Positions 42,592-51,123 of a stretch of 51,123 nucleotides of DNA are shown here, piece by piece. The DNA lies in assembly GCA_001816915.1 (NCBI GenBank), contig MHCL01000023.1:1-51123 (forward strand). The letters run 5' to 3'. The notes under the pieces were generated by a model. That model ran no database searches and was not told the DNA's origin. It saw nothing but the letters and a program-made list of their open reading frames with translations. Source of the stretch: Candidatus Chisholmbacteria bacterium RIFCSPLOWO2_01_FULL_49_14. GTDB taxonomy: Bacteria > Patescibacteriota > Microgenomatia > UBA1400 > Chisholmbacteraceae. Every line of letters begins with the position of its first letter. The stretch's first letter is position 1. The position numbers were made by a program, and so were the translations under genes.

Positions 42592-45582
42592 ATGAAGTCC
42601 CCAATCTTAAACTCTCCATACTTCGAACCCAATCTCCATTTCAATGCAGATGAGAGTGGTTTAACTGAAGAAATCTTGGAATTTCGCAGACCAAGCAGTT
42701 TTTATATTCCTGTCCCGCGCGCTAGAACAAAACAAAAGCAACTTGAACTGAATATTGCCGAAGGTGCTTTTGGGAACGAGTTACAGAAAGAAAACGAGTT
42801 CATCAATAAAATACGAGAAAAAATAAAGCATTGGAGGGAGAGCGGTGATGCTGGAATTACCAAAACCTCACGGGATCTCTTATCTTACTGGAGGGACGAG
42901 ACAAGGGAAAACAAACTATTTTTCTGCCAAATAGAAGCATTAGAGACCTTTATTTACATAAACGAGGTGGCAGAAAAATCAGGAGAGAGCTGGATTATCA
43001 ACGAATTAAAAAAAGCCAACAAAGAAGCTAACCCAGGACTCCATCGTTTAGCTTTTAAAATGGCAACCGGTTCGGGAAAGACAGTTGTCATGGCCATGAT
43101 CATTGCTTACCACACTCTCAATAAAATTCGCTATCCGCAAGATACCCGCTTTACGGACGCCTTTGTGATCATCACACCAGGAATCACTATCCGCGATCGT
43201 TTGAATGTTCTGCAACCAAACAATCCCGGTAACTATTACTTAAAGCACGGCGTAGTCTCCTACCAAGACTTTGCGTTGTTGAATCAGGCAATTATTTTTA
43301 TAACCAATTTCCATCAGCTAGAGCTTCGGCAAAATCCACGATTCCAAGTTGGTGCGGTTATGAAGGCTGCTGGCATTTTGAAAGACGAGGCGATCAAAGA
43401 AACACCAGATGCAATGGTAAACAGAACTTTTAAAAGCGTTTTGAACAAACCGCGCGTACTGGTGATCAATGACGAGGCCCACCACTGTTATCGGGAAAAT
43501 CCGGATCATGGAAAGCTCACCGGCGAAGAAAGGAAAGAAGCTGACGAAAACAACAAGGCGGCTCGGGTCTGGATTAATGGTCTGGAAGCACTATCTAAAA
43601 AGGTAAATATAAACGCGCTTATTGACCTTTCGGCAACACCTTATTTTTTGCGTGGTTCCGGCTATCAAGAGGGGACAATGTTCCCTTGGACTGTTTACGA
43701 TTTCTCTCTTCTAGACGCGGTGGAGTGCGGTGTTGTTAAAATACCGCGCCTTCCTATCGAATCAGATACTATTTCCAAGGACGATATACCGGAGTTCCGC
43801 AATCTTTGGCTTTATGTACGGGACGATCTACCCAAAAAGGGGTTGAAGACCGGAGGAAAAGATTACCTGTCGGTGAGTGTTCTACCGACTAAACTTCAGG
43901 AGGCTCTCGAATCTCTTTACGGTAGTTACGAAAAATACTATATAGAATACAAGGAGCAGAAAAAGGAAAATTCTGCAGTTATGCCACCAGTAATGATAGT
44001 CGTATGCAACAACACCTCAGTTTCCGAACTGGTATACCGTTGGATTGCTGGTTATAAAAGGGAAACAGCGAGTAAACAAACAAAGGTTGAAAGAGGCAAT
44101 CTTGAAATATTCCGAAATGAAGACGGAGTCCAATTTTACGATCGGCCAAACACGCTGCTTATCGACAGCGCGCAACTGGAAAGCGGCGAAAAGATTAGCG
44201 CCGAATTTAAAAATATATTTTCTCAAGAAATAGAAGACTTTCATAAAGATTATCGTAGGCGCTTCACTAATGGGACCGAGCCTACCGACGAAGAGCTCTT
44301 GCGTGAAGTTATGAACACCGTTGGTAAACCCGGCAAACTCGGTGAAAATATCAAATGTGTGGTATCCGTCTCAATGCTTACTGAAGGATGGGATGTTAAT
44401 ACCGTTACCCATATTCTTGGTGTCCGCGCTTTTTCTACTCAGCTTCTCTGCGAGCAGGTTGTTGGTCGGGCACTTCGCCGCATTGATTACACGGCTGACG
44501 AATCAACCGGGATGATGTCGGCAGAATACGCCGAAGTTTATGGTGTGCCGTTCAGCTTCTTAAAAGTCACTGGCGTAACTCCGCCCCAGCCTCCAAAAGT
44601 TATTCATCGCGTCCACGCGTTGCCAGAGCGAGAACAATACGAAATTACCTTCCCACGAGTTGAGGGTTACCGCTACGAGCTTGATGAAGCCAAACTGGCG
44701 GCTCGATTTACCGAGGAATCAAAAACAATCATTGAGAACGAACCAACTGAAGTAACTTCAGCGGGAGTAATTGGCGAAAAAGTGAAAGAGATGATGGAGA
44801 AAATCAGAGAACGCCGCGAGGGAGAAGTAATCATCCGGCTCACACAAGCGCTTCTAAAACGCTACTACACCGATGCCGACGGTACGGAGAAGTACTGGCT
44901 AACACCGCAGCTAAGAAAAATTGTTGAGGAATACGTTAAAAATCATATCATTTTAAAAGATCGCATGGTGGTCGGTTATCTTTCGGTTGGCGAATACTTT
45001 TCTGGTGCGCTTACCAAAATCCAGCAGGCCATCATTATTGAAAATCTGGAGCACCAAAAAGACAAACGATTGTTGCCAATACTCGCGCCATATGACACGC
45101 TTGGCTCCACTCGTTATGTGGATTTCCTTACCACAAAACCTGTTGCACTAACAACCAAGAGCCATGTCAATTATGTAGTAGCCGATACCGAAGAGTGGGA
45201 GCAGGGTGTGGCAAAGAAACTTGAACAAATGCCGGAAGTACTTGCCTATGTTAAAAATCAAAATCTCGGCTTCACCATTCCTTATGAGCATCAAGGTGTA
45301 GCGCACCAATATGTACCGGACTTTATTGTAGTTTTGAAAATGGCTGATAAGTCAAAACTTAATCTGTTGATAGAAGTTACTGGCAAGAAAGATGACAAAA
45401 AAGCGATGAAAGTTAAAACTTCGCACGATCTTTGGGTACCAGCCGTCAACAATATCGGTAAGTATGGGAGATGGATTATGTTGGAGGTACAGGATATCCA
45501 CGAAACACAAAATCTTATCCGTGCCGGCATAGACAGGGGTTTTGATAATTTAACATCTGATAATTTATTTAACAAGAAATAA
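42592..45582 (+). CDS. res: Type III restriction enzyme Res subunit (SF2 helicase plus nuclease)
   Basis: FKMATGSGKT, NDEAHH, DLSATP, SVSMLTEGWD, EQVVGRALRR, C-terminal YVPDF....IEVTG. Confidence 0.93.
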   Translation: MKSPILNSPYFEPNLHFNADESGLTEEILEFRRPSSFYIPVPRARTKQKQLELNIAEGAFGNELQKENEFINKIREKIKHWRESGDAGITKTSRDLLSYWRDETRENKLFFCQIEALETFIYINEVAEKSGESWIINELKKANKEANPGLHRLAFKMATGSGKTVVMAMIIAYHTLNKIRYPQDTRFTDAFVIITPGITIRDRLNVLQPNNPGNYYLKHGVVSYQDFALLNQAIIFITNFHQLELRQNPRFQVGAVMKAAGILKDEAIKETPDAMVNRTFKSVLNKPRVLVINDEAHHCYRENPDHGKLTGEERKEADENNKAARVWINGLEALSKKVNINALIDLSATPYFLRGSGYQEGTMFPWTVYDFSLLDAVECGVVKIPRLPIESDTISKDDIPEFRNLWLYVRDDLPKKGLKTGGKDYLSVSVLPTKLQEALESLYGSYEKYYIEYKEQKKENSAVMPPVMIVVCNNTSVSELVYRWIAGYKRETASKQTKVERGNLEIFRNEDGVQFYDRPNTLLIDSAQLESGEKISAEFKNIFSQEIEDFHKDYRRRFTNGTEPTDEELLREVMNTVGKPGKLGENIKCVVSVSMLTEGWDVNTVTHILGVRAFSTQLLCEQVVGRALRRIDYTADESTGMMSAEYAEVYGVPFSFLKVTGVTPPQPPKVIHRVHALPEREQYEITFPRVEGYRYELDEAKLAARFTEESKTIIENEPTEVTSAGVIGEKVKEMMEKIRERREGEVIIRLTQALLKRYYTDADGTEKYWLTPQLRKIVEEYVKNHIILKDRMVVGYLSVGEYFSGALTKIQQAIIIENLEHQKDKRLLPILAPYDTLGSTRYVDFLTTKPVALTTKSHVNYVVADTEEWEQGVAKKLEQMPEVLAYVKNQNLGFTIPYEHQGVAHQYVPDFIVVLKMADKSKLNLLIEVTGKKDDKKAMKVKTSHDLWVPAVNNIGKYGRWIMLEVQDIHETQNLIRAGIDRGFDNLTSDNLFNKK

Positions 45583-45584
45583 AT

Positions 45585-48053
45585 ATGAGAAAGAAAAAAA
45601 TATTAAAGCCAACCACCGCTGCACCGGTAGAATCCTACAAACACGATGCAAAACGTACTCACATCCCCACACAAGAAGAGTCAATTAAGCTTTCTGCTCG
45701 AGAAAAGCAACCAGTCAAGAAAAAATATGATTATGATCCATCCCTTGATCCCCAACTAGTTTGGGCAGGCAAGAAAGAGCAGGGTGCTGAGTTTGCTGTA
45801 TCCACAGTGCCGATCTACGTGCAGGAGAAGATCGCGCCCGAAGCACTCATTGCTCGTCTCAAGCTTGGCGCGGAAGAAAACGCGCAAATGATGCTCTTTG
45901 GTGAGACGGCAGAAACACAGGTATCCAAAGCTGTTGAATTCTACAAGCACGAGGATAACTGGCAAAACCGAATGATTTTAGGTGATTCGCTACTGGTAAT
46001 GAATAGCTTGCTGGAAAAAGAAGGCATGCGCGGACGGGTGCAGACCATCTATATTGACCCGCCATATGGAATTAAGTTCGGCTCCAACTGGCAAGTTTCC
46101 ACGCGCAAGCGTGATGTTAAAGATAATAAACTGGAAGATTTCATCCGCCAGCCGGAGCAAGTCAAAGCCTTTCGCGATACCTGGGAACTGGGCATTCACT
46201 CTTATCTTTCTTATCTGCGCGACCGACTTCTCATCGCCCGCGAATTGCTAACCGAAAGCGGGAGTTGTTTTTTGCAGATAAATGATGAGAATGTACACCT
46301 GATTCGAAGTCTAATGGATGAAGTTTTCGGCACACAAAACTCTATATGTGGAATTGTTTATAAAAAGAAAGGTATGATGTTAGGTTCAAAATATCTCGAA
46401 ACAATGAATGATTATGTAATTTGGTATGCGAAGGATAAAAGTAATTGTAAATATAGAGGTCTTTTCGAAAAAACTGAATTCGAACTTGATTCCCGATGGA
46501 ATATGGTCGATCTTGTAAATCAGGTGAGAAGATCCCTATCAAAAGAGGAAAGGGAAAGTAATAAAATTCCGACTGGAGCAAAAGTTTTCGATTTGTTTCC
46601 ACTGCGTGCTCCTTCTTTTAGTGAAAAATCGGTATTTGATTTTGAGTTCGAAGGTAAAATATATAGCCCTGCGAGAGGCTCATGTTGGGTCACAACAAAG
46701 GAGAAAATGGAATATTTGAAGAACATGAATAGAATCTATGCACAAGGCAATGATCTATTTTTTGTCCAGTATTTAGACGATTTTCCCTTTAGAAAATTGT
46801 CAAATCTATGGTTAGATTCAAGACAGACTGAAAAAATATATGTAGTGCAGACTTCTATAAAGATTCTTCAACGCTGCATTTTAATGACGAGCGATCCGGG
46901 GGATATCGTACTTGACCCGACTTGTGGTTCGGGCACGACTGCTTTTGTTGCCGAGCAGTGGGGTAGGCGCTGGATTACGATTGATACTTCGCGCGTGGCT
47001 TTGGCACTGGCGCGTACGCGTTTGATGACCGCTAAGTTCCCGTACTATAAGCTCAAGGAAAATGGTGACCATCCCAATGTTGCGGCAGGTTTTATTTACA
47101 AAACCGTCCCGCATGTGACACTCAAATCTCTTGCTAATGATGAACCGGCGGAGCAAGAAGTTTTATATGATCAGCCAGCGGAAAATAAAAATATTGTCCG
47201 TGTAACTGGCCCATTTACTGTTGAATCACTTTCACCGCACCGCGTATCGGACGCACAGGAAATGCTCTCAAGTGAGCGTTTTGCAGAAACAGTTATATCT
47301 AACCTTTTGAAATCCGGAGTGCAGACCGGCGAGAAAAGAGCGCGGGTGGAGTTTGTGCATTTGGATATTTTACCCAGCGGCCCCGAAGTGCAAGCGATCG
47401 GGGAATACAAATCTGCCGGTGGTCTAAAAAAGGTTGCGGTTTCCATTGGTCCTGAATTCGGCAGTGTGGATGATGACTTCATCCGCGATGCCGCAAAAGC
47501 TGCCAAAAAGTTTGCTGATTTGCTTGTAGTCGCCGCCACATCATTTGAAGCATCCGCGTTTTCTGAACCGTCGCAGACAAACGGCTTACAGATTATGAAA
47601 GTCAAAATCAATCCCGATTTGTCTATGGGCGACTTGCTCAAAAAAACTGGATCAGGCAACTTGTTTCTCGCTTTTGGTGAGCCTGATATAAGGGTTAAAG
47701 GAACTACAGACGGTGTTGTAGTGGAAGTGCTCGGTGTGGACATCTATGATCCGGTCAAAAGCGCAATCCGCAGTAGCGGCTCCGGCGATCCGGAGCACGA
47801 AATCGCCGCATGGTTTATAGATACAAATTACAACGGCGAAGCTTTTTTCATCACGCATGCATATTTCCTCGGCGCAGATAAACCATACGAGAAACTCAAG
47901 AAGGCACTCAAGGCAGATATCAACGAAGACGCGTGGGAGGAACTCTATTCCACTATTTCTCGCCCATTTCCCAAACCAAAAACCGGCAAAATTGCCATCA
48001 AAGTCATAAACCATTACGGCGACGAAGTAATGAAAATTGTTGATGTTAAATAA
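45585..48053 (+). CDS. mod: Type III DNA adenine methyltransferase Mod subunit
   Basis: IYIDPPYG (motif IV) precedes LDPTCGSGTT (motif I), the beta-class order. Starts 3 nt after res. Confidence 0.93.
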   Translation: MRKKKILKPTTAAPVESYKHDAKRTHIPTQEESIKLSAREKQPVKKKYDYDPSLDPQLVWAGKKEQGAEFAVSTVPIYVQEKIAPEALIARLKLGAEENAQMMLFGETAETQVSKAVEFYKHEDNWQNRMILGDSLLVMNSLLEKEGMRGRVQTIYIDPPYGIKFGSNWQVSTRKRDVKDNKLEDFIRQPEQVKAFRDTWELGIHSYLSYLRDRLLIARELLTESGSCFLQINDENVHLIRSLMDEVFGTQNSICGIVYKKKGMMLGSKYLETMNDYVIWYAKDKSNCKYRGLFEKTEFELDSRWNMVDLVNQVRRSLSKEERESNKIPTGAKVFDLFPLRAPSFSEKSVFDFEFEGKIYSPARGSCWVTTKEKMEYLKNMNRIYAQGNDLFFVQYLDDFPFRKLSNLWLDSRQTEKIYVVQTSIKILQRCILMTSDPGDIVLDPTCGSGTTAFVAEQWGRRWITIDTSRVALALARTRLMTAKFPYYKLKENGDHPNVAAGFIYKTVPHVTLKSLANDEPAEQEVLYDQPAENKNIVRVTGPFTVESLSPHRVSDAQEMLSSERFAETVISNLLKSGVQTGEKRARVEFVHLDILPSGPEVQAIGEYKSAGGLKKVAVSIGPEFGSVDDDFIRDAAKAAKKFADLLVVAATSFEASAFSEPSQTNGLQIMKVKINPDLSMGDLLKKTGSGNLFLAFGEPDIRVKGTTDGVVVEVLGVDIYDPVKSAIRSSGSGDPEHEIAAWFIDTNYNGEAFFITHAYFLGADKPYEKLKKALKADINEDAWEELYSTISRPFPKPKTGKIAIKVINHYGDEVMKIVDVK

Positions 48054-48110
48054 GGTTACTTTGGTGGTATTAAATACTCAAGTGTTAAGGGTTCGAAAGC
48101 TATTAAAAAT

Positions 48111-48209
48111 AAAGAATACGAAAGACAAATTAACCAATTAGTTTATAAACTCTACGGCCTCACGCCGGAGGAGATAGCAGTTGTCGAAGGGAAAAATGAA
48201 AATAATTGA
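48111..48209 (+). pseudogene. Orphan C-terminal tail of a type IIG/Eco57I-like RM protein
   Basis: KEYERQINQLVYKLYGLTPEEIAVVEGKNENN* with no start codon. Confidence 0.72.
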
Positions 48210-48699
48210 ATCAGTAACTCAAGGTGAAGTTTTTAGCCATTGGGAAAAAATAGAAAAAAGAAGCATTTGGCAAAGAGCTGATATCGTTTTTCCTCTTGTG
48301 GCCTACGCTGATTTGACTTGGAGTTTGACTGAAATTGAAAGTGCGGATATTGAAAAACTCTATATTTGCTCATCAGACGATTGGCAAGCAGAAGGTCTTT
48401 GTTTCCCTGATTTCAAACTCGTTACGGCAATAGATAACTATAAAAAATCTAACTTTAGCTATGGGAAGTATGCCGATATTAAAGGCAAAGAAAACGTATA
48501 TGTAAAGAGTGTCAACGATCTTGATAATAAATTTATTCTAGTTGCAGATTCTATTACAGGTCCCTTCGCAATAATAGAGGGGTGTAAAAGAGCTGTTGCC
48601 TTAGGCAAGCTAGATAAGTTAACCGGTAACGAAGTATATCTGGGCACCTCGCCCAGTATAAGAAGTTTCGTCTGGACTAGGCACATGTATCAAAGTTAA
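48196..48699 (+). CDS. Hypothetical protein, ParB/Srx-like motif
   Basis: GPFAIIEGCKRAVAL resembles the I(D/E)GxHR motif. AT-rich. Confidence 0.6.
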   Translation: MKIIESVTQGEVFSHWEKIEKRSIWQRADIVFPLVAYADLTWSLTEIESADIEKLYICSSDDWQAEGLCFPDFKLVTAIDNYKKSNFSYGKYADIKGKENVYVKSVNDLDNKFILVADSITGPFAIIEGCKRAVALGKLDKLTGNEVYLGTSPSIRSFVWTRHMYQS

Positions 48700-48715
48700 A
48701 AAAGCTCAAAACAGA

Positions 48716-49678
48716 ATGAAAAAAGATAATAGTACAGAAATAAATCAAAAAGGATATAAAACCCTTTTTCTCCAGATATTTCAACTTAAAAACTTTCTCA
48801 TTTTTGTAGGAAGCGGTGCTTTACTCTTTATTCCTATTTTTGCTGAAAACGATAAATGGTTGAGAGTTCAACCGTTCTTTATTGCATGGTTAATGCTTGT
48901 TGGTATCTGGTTTTTGTTGATTCTTTCAATATACAGAGGCGAACTTGAAAATAGAATAATTTCATTTGTTGGCGATGTTATAAGGCGCATTATACCCATT
49001 CTTCTAGTTCTTTTAGCTTTATATTTTATATTATTACCCTTTGAATTAAGAAAAAGTTTAGGAATCATAGTTCTTACCTTTGCAGTTTCGTTGCTTTGGA
49101 GAAGAAGTAAAACTTTATCAGTAGTATCGGATAGTTTAGTAGAGAAAAAAAGGATAAAGACATTGATAAAGAAAAAAGGGAAAGTGATAGGGTTGACAGG
49201 TTGGATGGCTACGGAAACAAATAATGAGCAAGGGACAAACTACAGAGAAATAAATTTAGAAGGAAAGCCTCTCGAGACCTTGGAGTTTAGAGTGAAACCC
49301 TCCACAGTTTTTTGGCGGGCGGGGTTTAAATTTACTGATCCGAACGGAACAATTTTGCCGCTTAGAACTACAAATAGTTTGTTGTTCCACATAGGGGCAA
49401 GTGAATCTCGTAGCAAATTCGGTGTTACTGCCTACAGAAATAGTGATTGGGACCCTTCCCTTAACAAAACCTTGGACTACGATAATACCAGCTTTATTAG
49501 TATTAGGTTTGAAGTTAACCAAAAGAATTTTATCAAATGTTTTATAAATAATAAGCTTGAGTATAAACCCAAAGAACGAGTTGATCCGCGCATATTAGAA
49601 AAGGTGTTTTTGGCCGCCTGGGGAGATGGTAACCCCTATAGAGTTGAATTCGATAACATTCAATTTACTACAAGATAA
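48716..49678 (+). CDS. 4-TM membrane protein with C-terminal beta-rich soluble domain
   Basis: Four hydrophobic segments followed by about 170 aa of beta-type sequence (FWRAGFKF, AWGDG). Confidence 0.72.
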   Translation: MKKDNSTEINQKGYKTLFLQIFQLKNFLIFVGSGALLFIPIFAENDKWLRVQPFFIAWLMLVGIWFLLILSIYRGELENRIISFVGDVIRRIIPILLVLLALYFILLPFELRKSLGIIVLTFAVSLLWRRSKTLSVVSDSLVEKKRIKTLIKKKGKVIGLTGWMATETNNEQGTNYREINLEGKPLETLEFRVKPSTVFWRAGFKFTDPNGTILPLRTTNSLLFHIGASESRSKFGVTAYRNSDWDPSLNKTLDYDNTSFISIRFEVNQKNFIKCFINNKLEYKPKERVDPRILEKVFLAAWGDGNPYRVEFDNIQFTTR

Positions 49679-49679
49679 T

Positions 49680-50291
49680 ATGACTGAATCCCTAGCCCTA
49701 GAATTAGTAGAAAGATATCTCAAAAATCATAAGTACGATCCTAAAAGGATAGATACTAAAAAGTTACAGTCTAGCAGAAAAGCACCAGATTTCGAGGTAA
49801 ATGAAAATGATGTACTAAAATTTTACTGCGAGATAAAAACTCCAGCTTTAAAACCAAGCGCACAAACACGAATATTTCATTGGACAACTATAATCTCCAA
49901 GCTTAGAGATTTAATACACAAGGCAGTAAAACAGTTTAAGAATCAAGACCCTAATCATCTAAAACCCTGGGTGCTTATTTTTACTTCAGATCATTTTCAA
50001 TTGAACTGGTCTAATTTCGTTCACTGCCTTCAGGGTGCTGTTGCTTATAATTCTCAAATTATTAAGGACTTAAGCAATCAAAGATTTATAGTAGATACGC
50101 AAGACGATATAAAGACCATTGATCTATTTGTTTGGTGTCAAGTTAATGCGCAGGCGAAAAGGATTTACCAAATGGTGCATTTTGTAAATGGTAATTCAGA
50201 TTTATTAGAAAAAACAAAAGCAATCAGTGGTAAGTTAATCCCTTATGCTAGTGAAAGCATAATGAACAAGAGTTCAAGAAAATATACTTAG
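49680..50291 (+). CDS. PD-(D/E)xK-like nuclease-fold protein
   Basis: APDFEV...FYCEIKT, KA.KQF, P.VL. Start placed at MTES. Confidence 0.68.
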   Translation: MTESLALELVERYLKNHKYDPKRIDTKKLQSSRKAPDFEVNENDVLKFYCEIKTPALKPSAQTRIFHWTTIISKLRDLIHKAVKQFKNQDPNHLKPWVLIFTSDHFQLNWSNFVHCLQGAVAYNSQIIKDLSNQRFIVDTQDDIKTIDLFVWCQVNAQAKRIYQMVHFVNGNSDLLEKTKAISGKLIPYASESIMNKSSRKYT

Positions 50292-50292
50292 T

Positions 50293-51072
50293 ATGAAGAA
50301 GAAACAAAAATTTATAGCTCCAATATACGGCTTGAAAAAGACACCAAAGCAAAGCATTAAATTAGACAAAAGCATTCTAATAAGAGCTGTTGATCTTCTC
50401 ACAGAGGAGCATAAATACTTAGAAAAATTTGGCTTAAAAGGAAGTTATGATGCGGTGTTGGAAGTTAATTATGAGTATGATTCAGACAATCCTAGTGAAC
50501 CCTTCCCTGGTCTTTTTATAAATTTAATCAATAAGATAGATGCGTCTTTAGTTGTCTATGGAGATGGCGTTGTAGGAGTTGCGGGCGTTGCCCCAGCGCC
50601 TAAAGAAGAATTTTCGGGGGGAGGCATTCTTTCGTCGTCAGCGAGACCGCGATATGAAGAAAAATTAGATAAAGAGATTGATGAAAACTTTGCAAGTTAC
50701 TATAAAAAATTCGTAATAGCCTATGATATGCGACCAGTAGCCTTTGATGTGTACAGACGAAGTTGTGATAGGTTCTCTAACAATGACAGGACTATTGATA
50801 GCTGTACTGTTCTAGAGAGTCTTTTTGTCCCTCTGGGTGAAAGGTCTAAAAAATCCTTTATTTTAAACGGGCTAAATATATTAATGTTTAGCACCGATGA
50901 AATTAAGACCATCGACGACTTAGTTGAATACCGCAATGCTATTATTCATGCGGACAGAAAAAGGCAACTTAAGTTGTTGACAGGATCAAAATACACATAT
51001 AAATGGTTTGAAGATGTTTTTAAGTTAATACGCAGAATTCTTTACAAATACGTTGATAATCCTTGGAGTTAA
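50293..51072 (+). CDS. HEPN domain protein (ApeA-like)
   Basis: VLESLF and RNAIIH (Rx4H) in the C-terminal helical domain. Confidence 0.75.
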   Translation: MKKKQKFIAPIYGLKKTPKQSIKLDKSILIRAVDLLTEEHKYLEKFGLKGSYDAVLEVNYEYDSDNPSEPFPGLFINLINKIDASLVVYGDGVVGVAGVAPAPKEEFSGGGILSSSARPRYEEKLDKEIDENFASYYKKFVIAYDMRPVAFDVYRRSCDRFSNNDRTIDSCTVLESLFVPLGERSKKSFILNGLNILMFSTDEIKTIDDLVEYRNAIIHADRKRQLKLLTGSKYTYKWFEDVFKLIRRILYKYVDNPWS

Positions 51073-51123
51073 AGTGGATCACAGAGATTATCTGATAAAT
51101 AAGAATGATAAATATACTTGAAA

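Larger units (their letters stand above)
35158..51123. mobile_element. Integrative element / defence island at tRNA-Gln (right end outside the window)
   Basis: Serine recombinase overlapping the tRNA, visible shift to AT-rich sequence, phage-type small genes, type III RM and nuclease-like cargo. No second tRNA 3' fragment seen in the window. Confidence 0.88.

Overview
Bacterial chromosome segment that looks like a Patescibacteria/CPR (Microgenomates-like) genome. This is inferred from the class I LysRS, DUF5652/DUF5659-type proteins, the group 3-related NiFe-hydrogenase locus and abundant short palindromic and 7/8-mer repeats. Positions 1-35.1 kb are host genes: secA, a D,D-carboxypeptidase, serS, class I lysS, greA, tRNA-Glu, a hydrogenase locus (hypC, EamA, DUF6390-like, half-MFS, maturation protease, large and small subunits), SOD, bcp, ROK, lon with a CIRCE operator, dtd, a two-component system and era. 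From tRNA-Gln(CTG) at 35147-35220 to the window end lies a more AT-rich integrated element. It carries a large serine recombinase whose C-terminus is read from the antisense tRNA, small phage-type genes (two are pseudogenes), a type III restriction-modification pair and candidate defence genes (PD-(D/E)xK, HEPN). The strongest unexplained signal is an 86-nt pseudoknot-compatible 5' leader lying exactly between a sigma70 promoter and the recombinase start codon. Others are a second structured leader in the island, a duplicated tRNA 5' end, a possible non-canonical hydrogenase maturation module and a nested palindromic insertion translated inside SecA. All family names come from motif recognition, not database searches.
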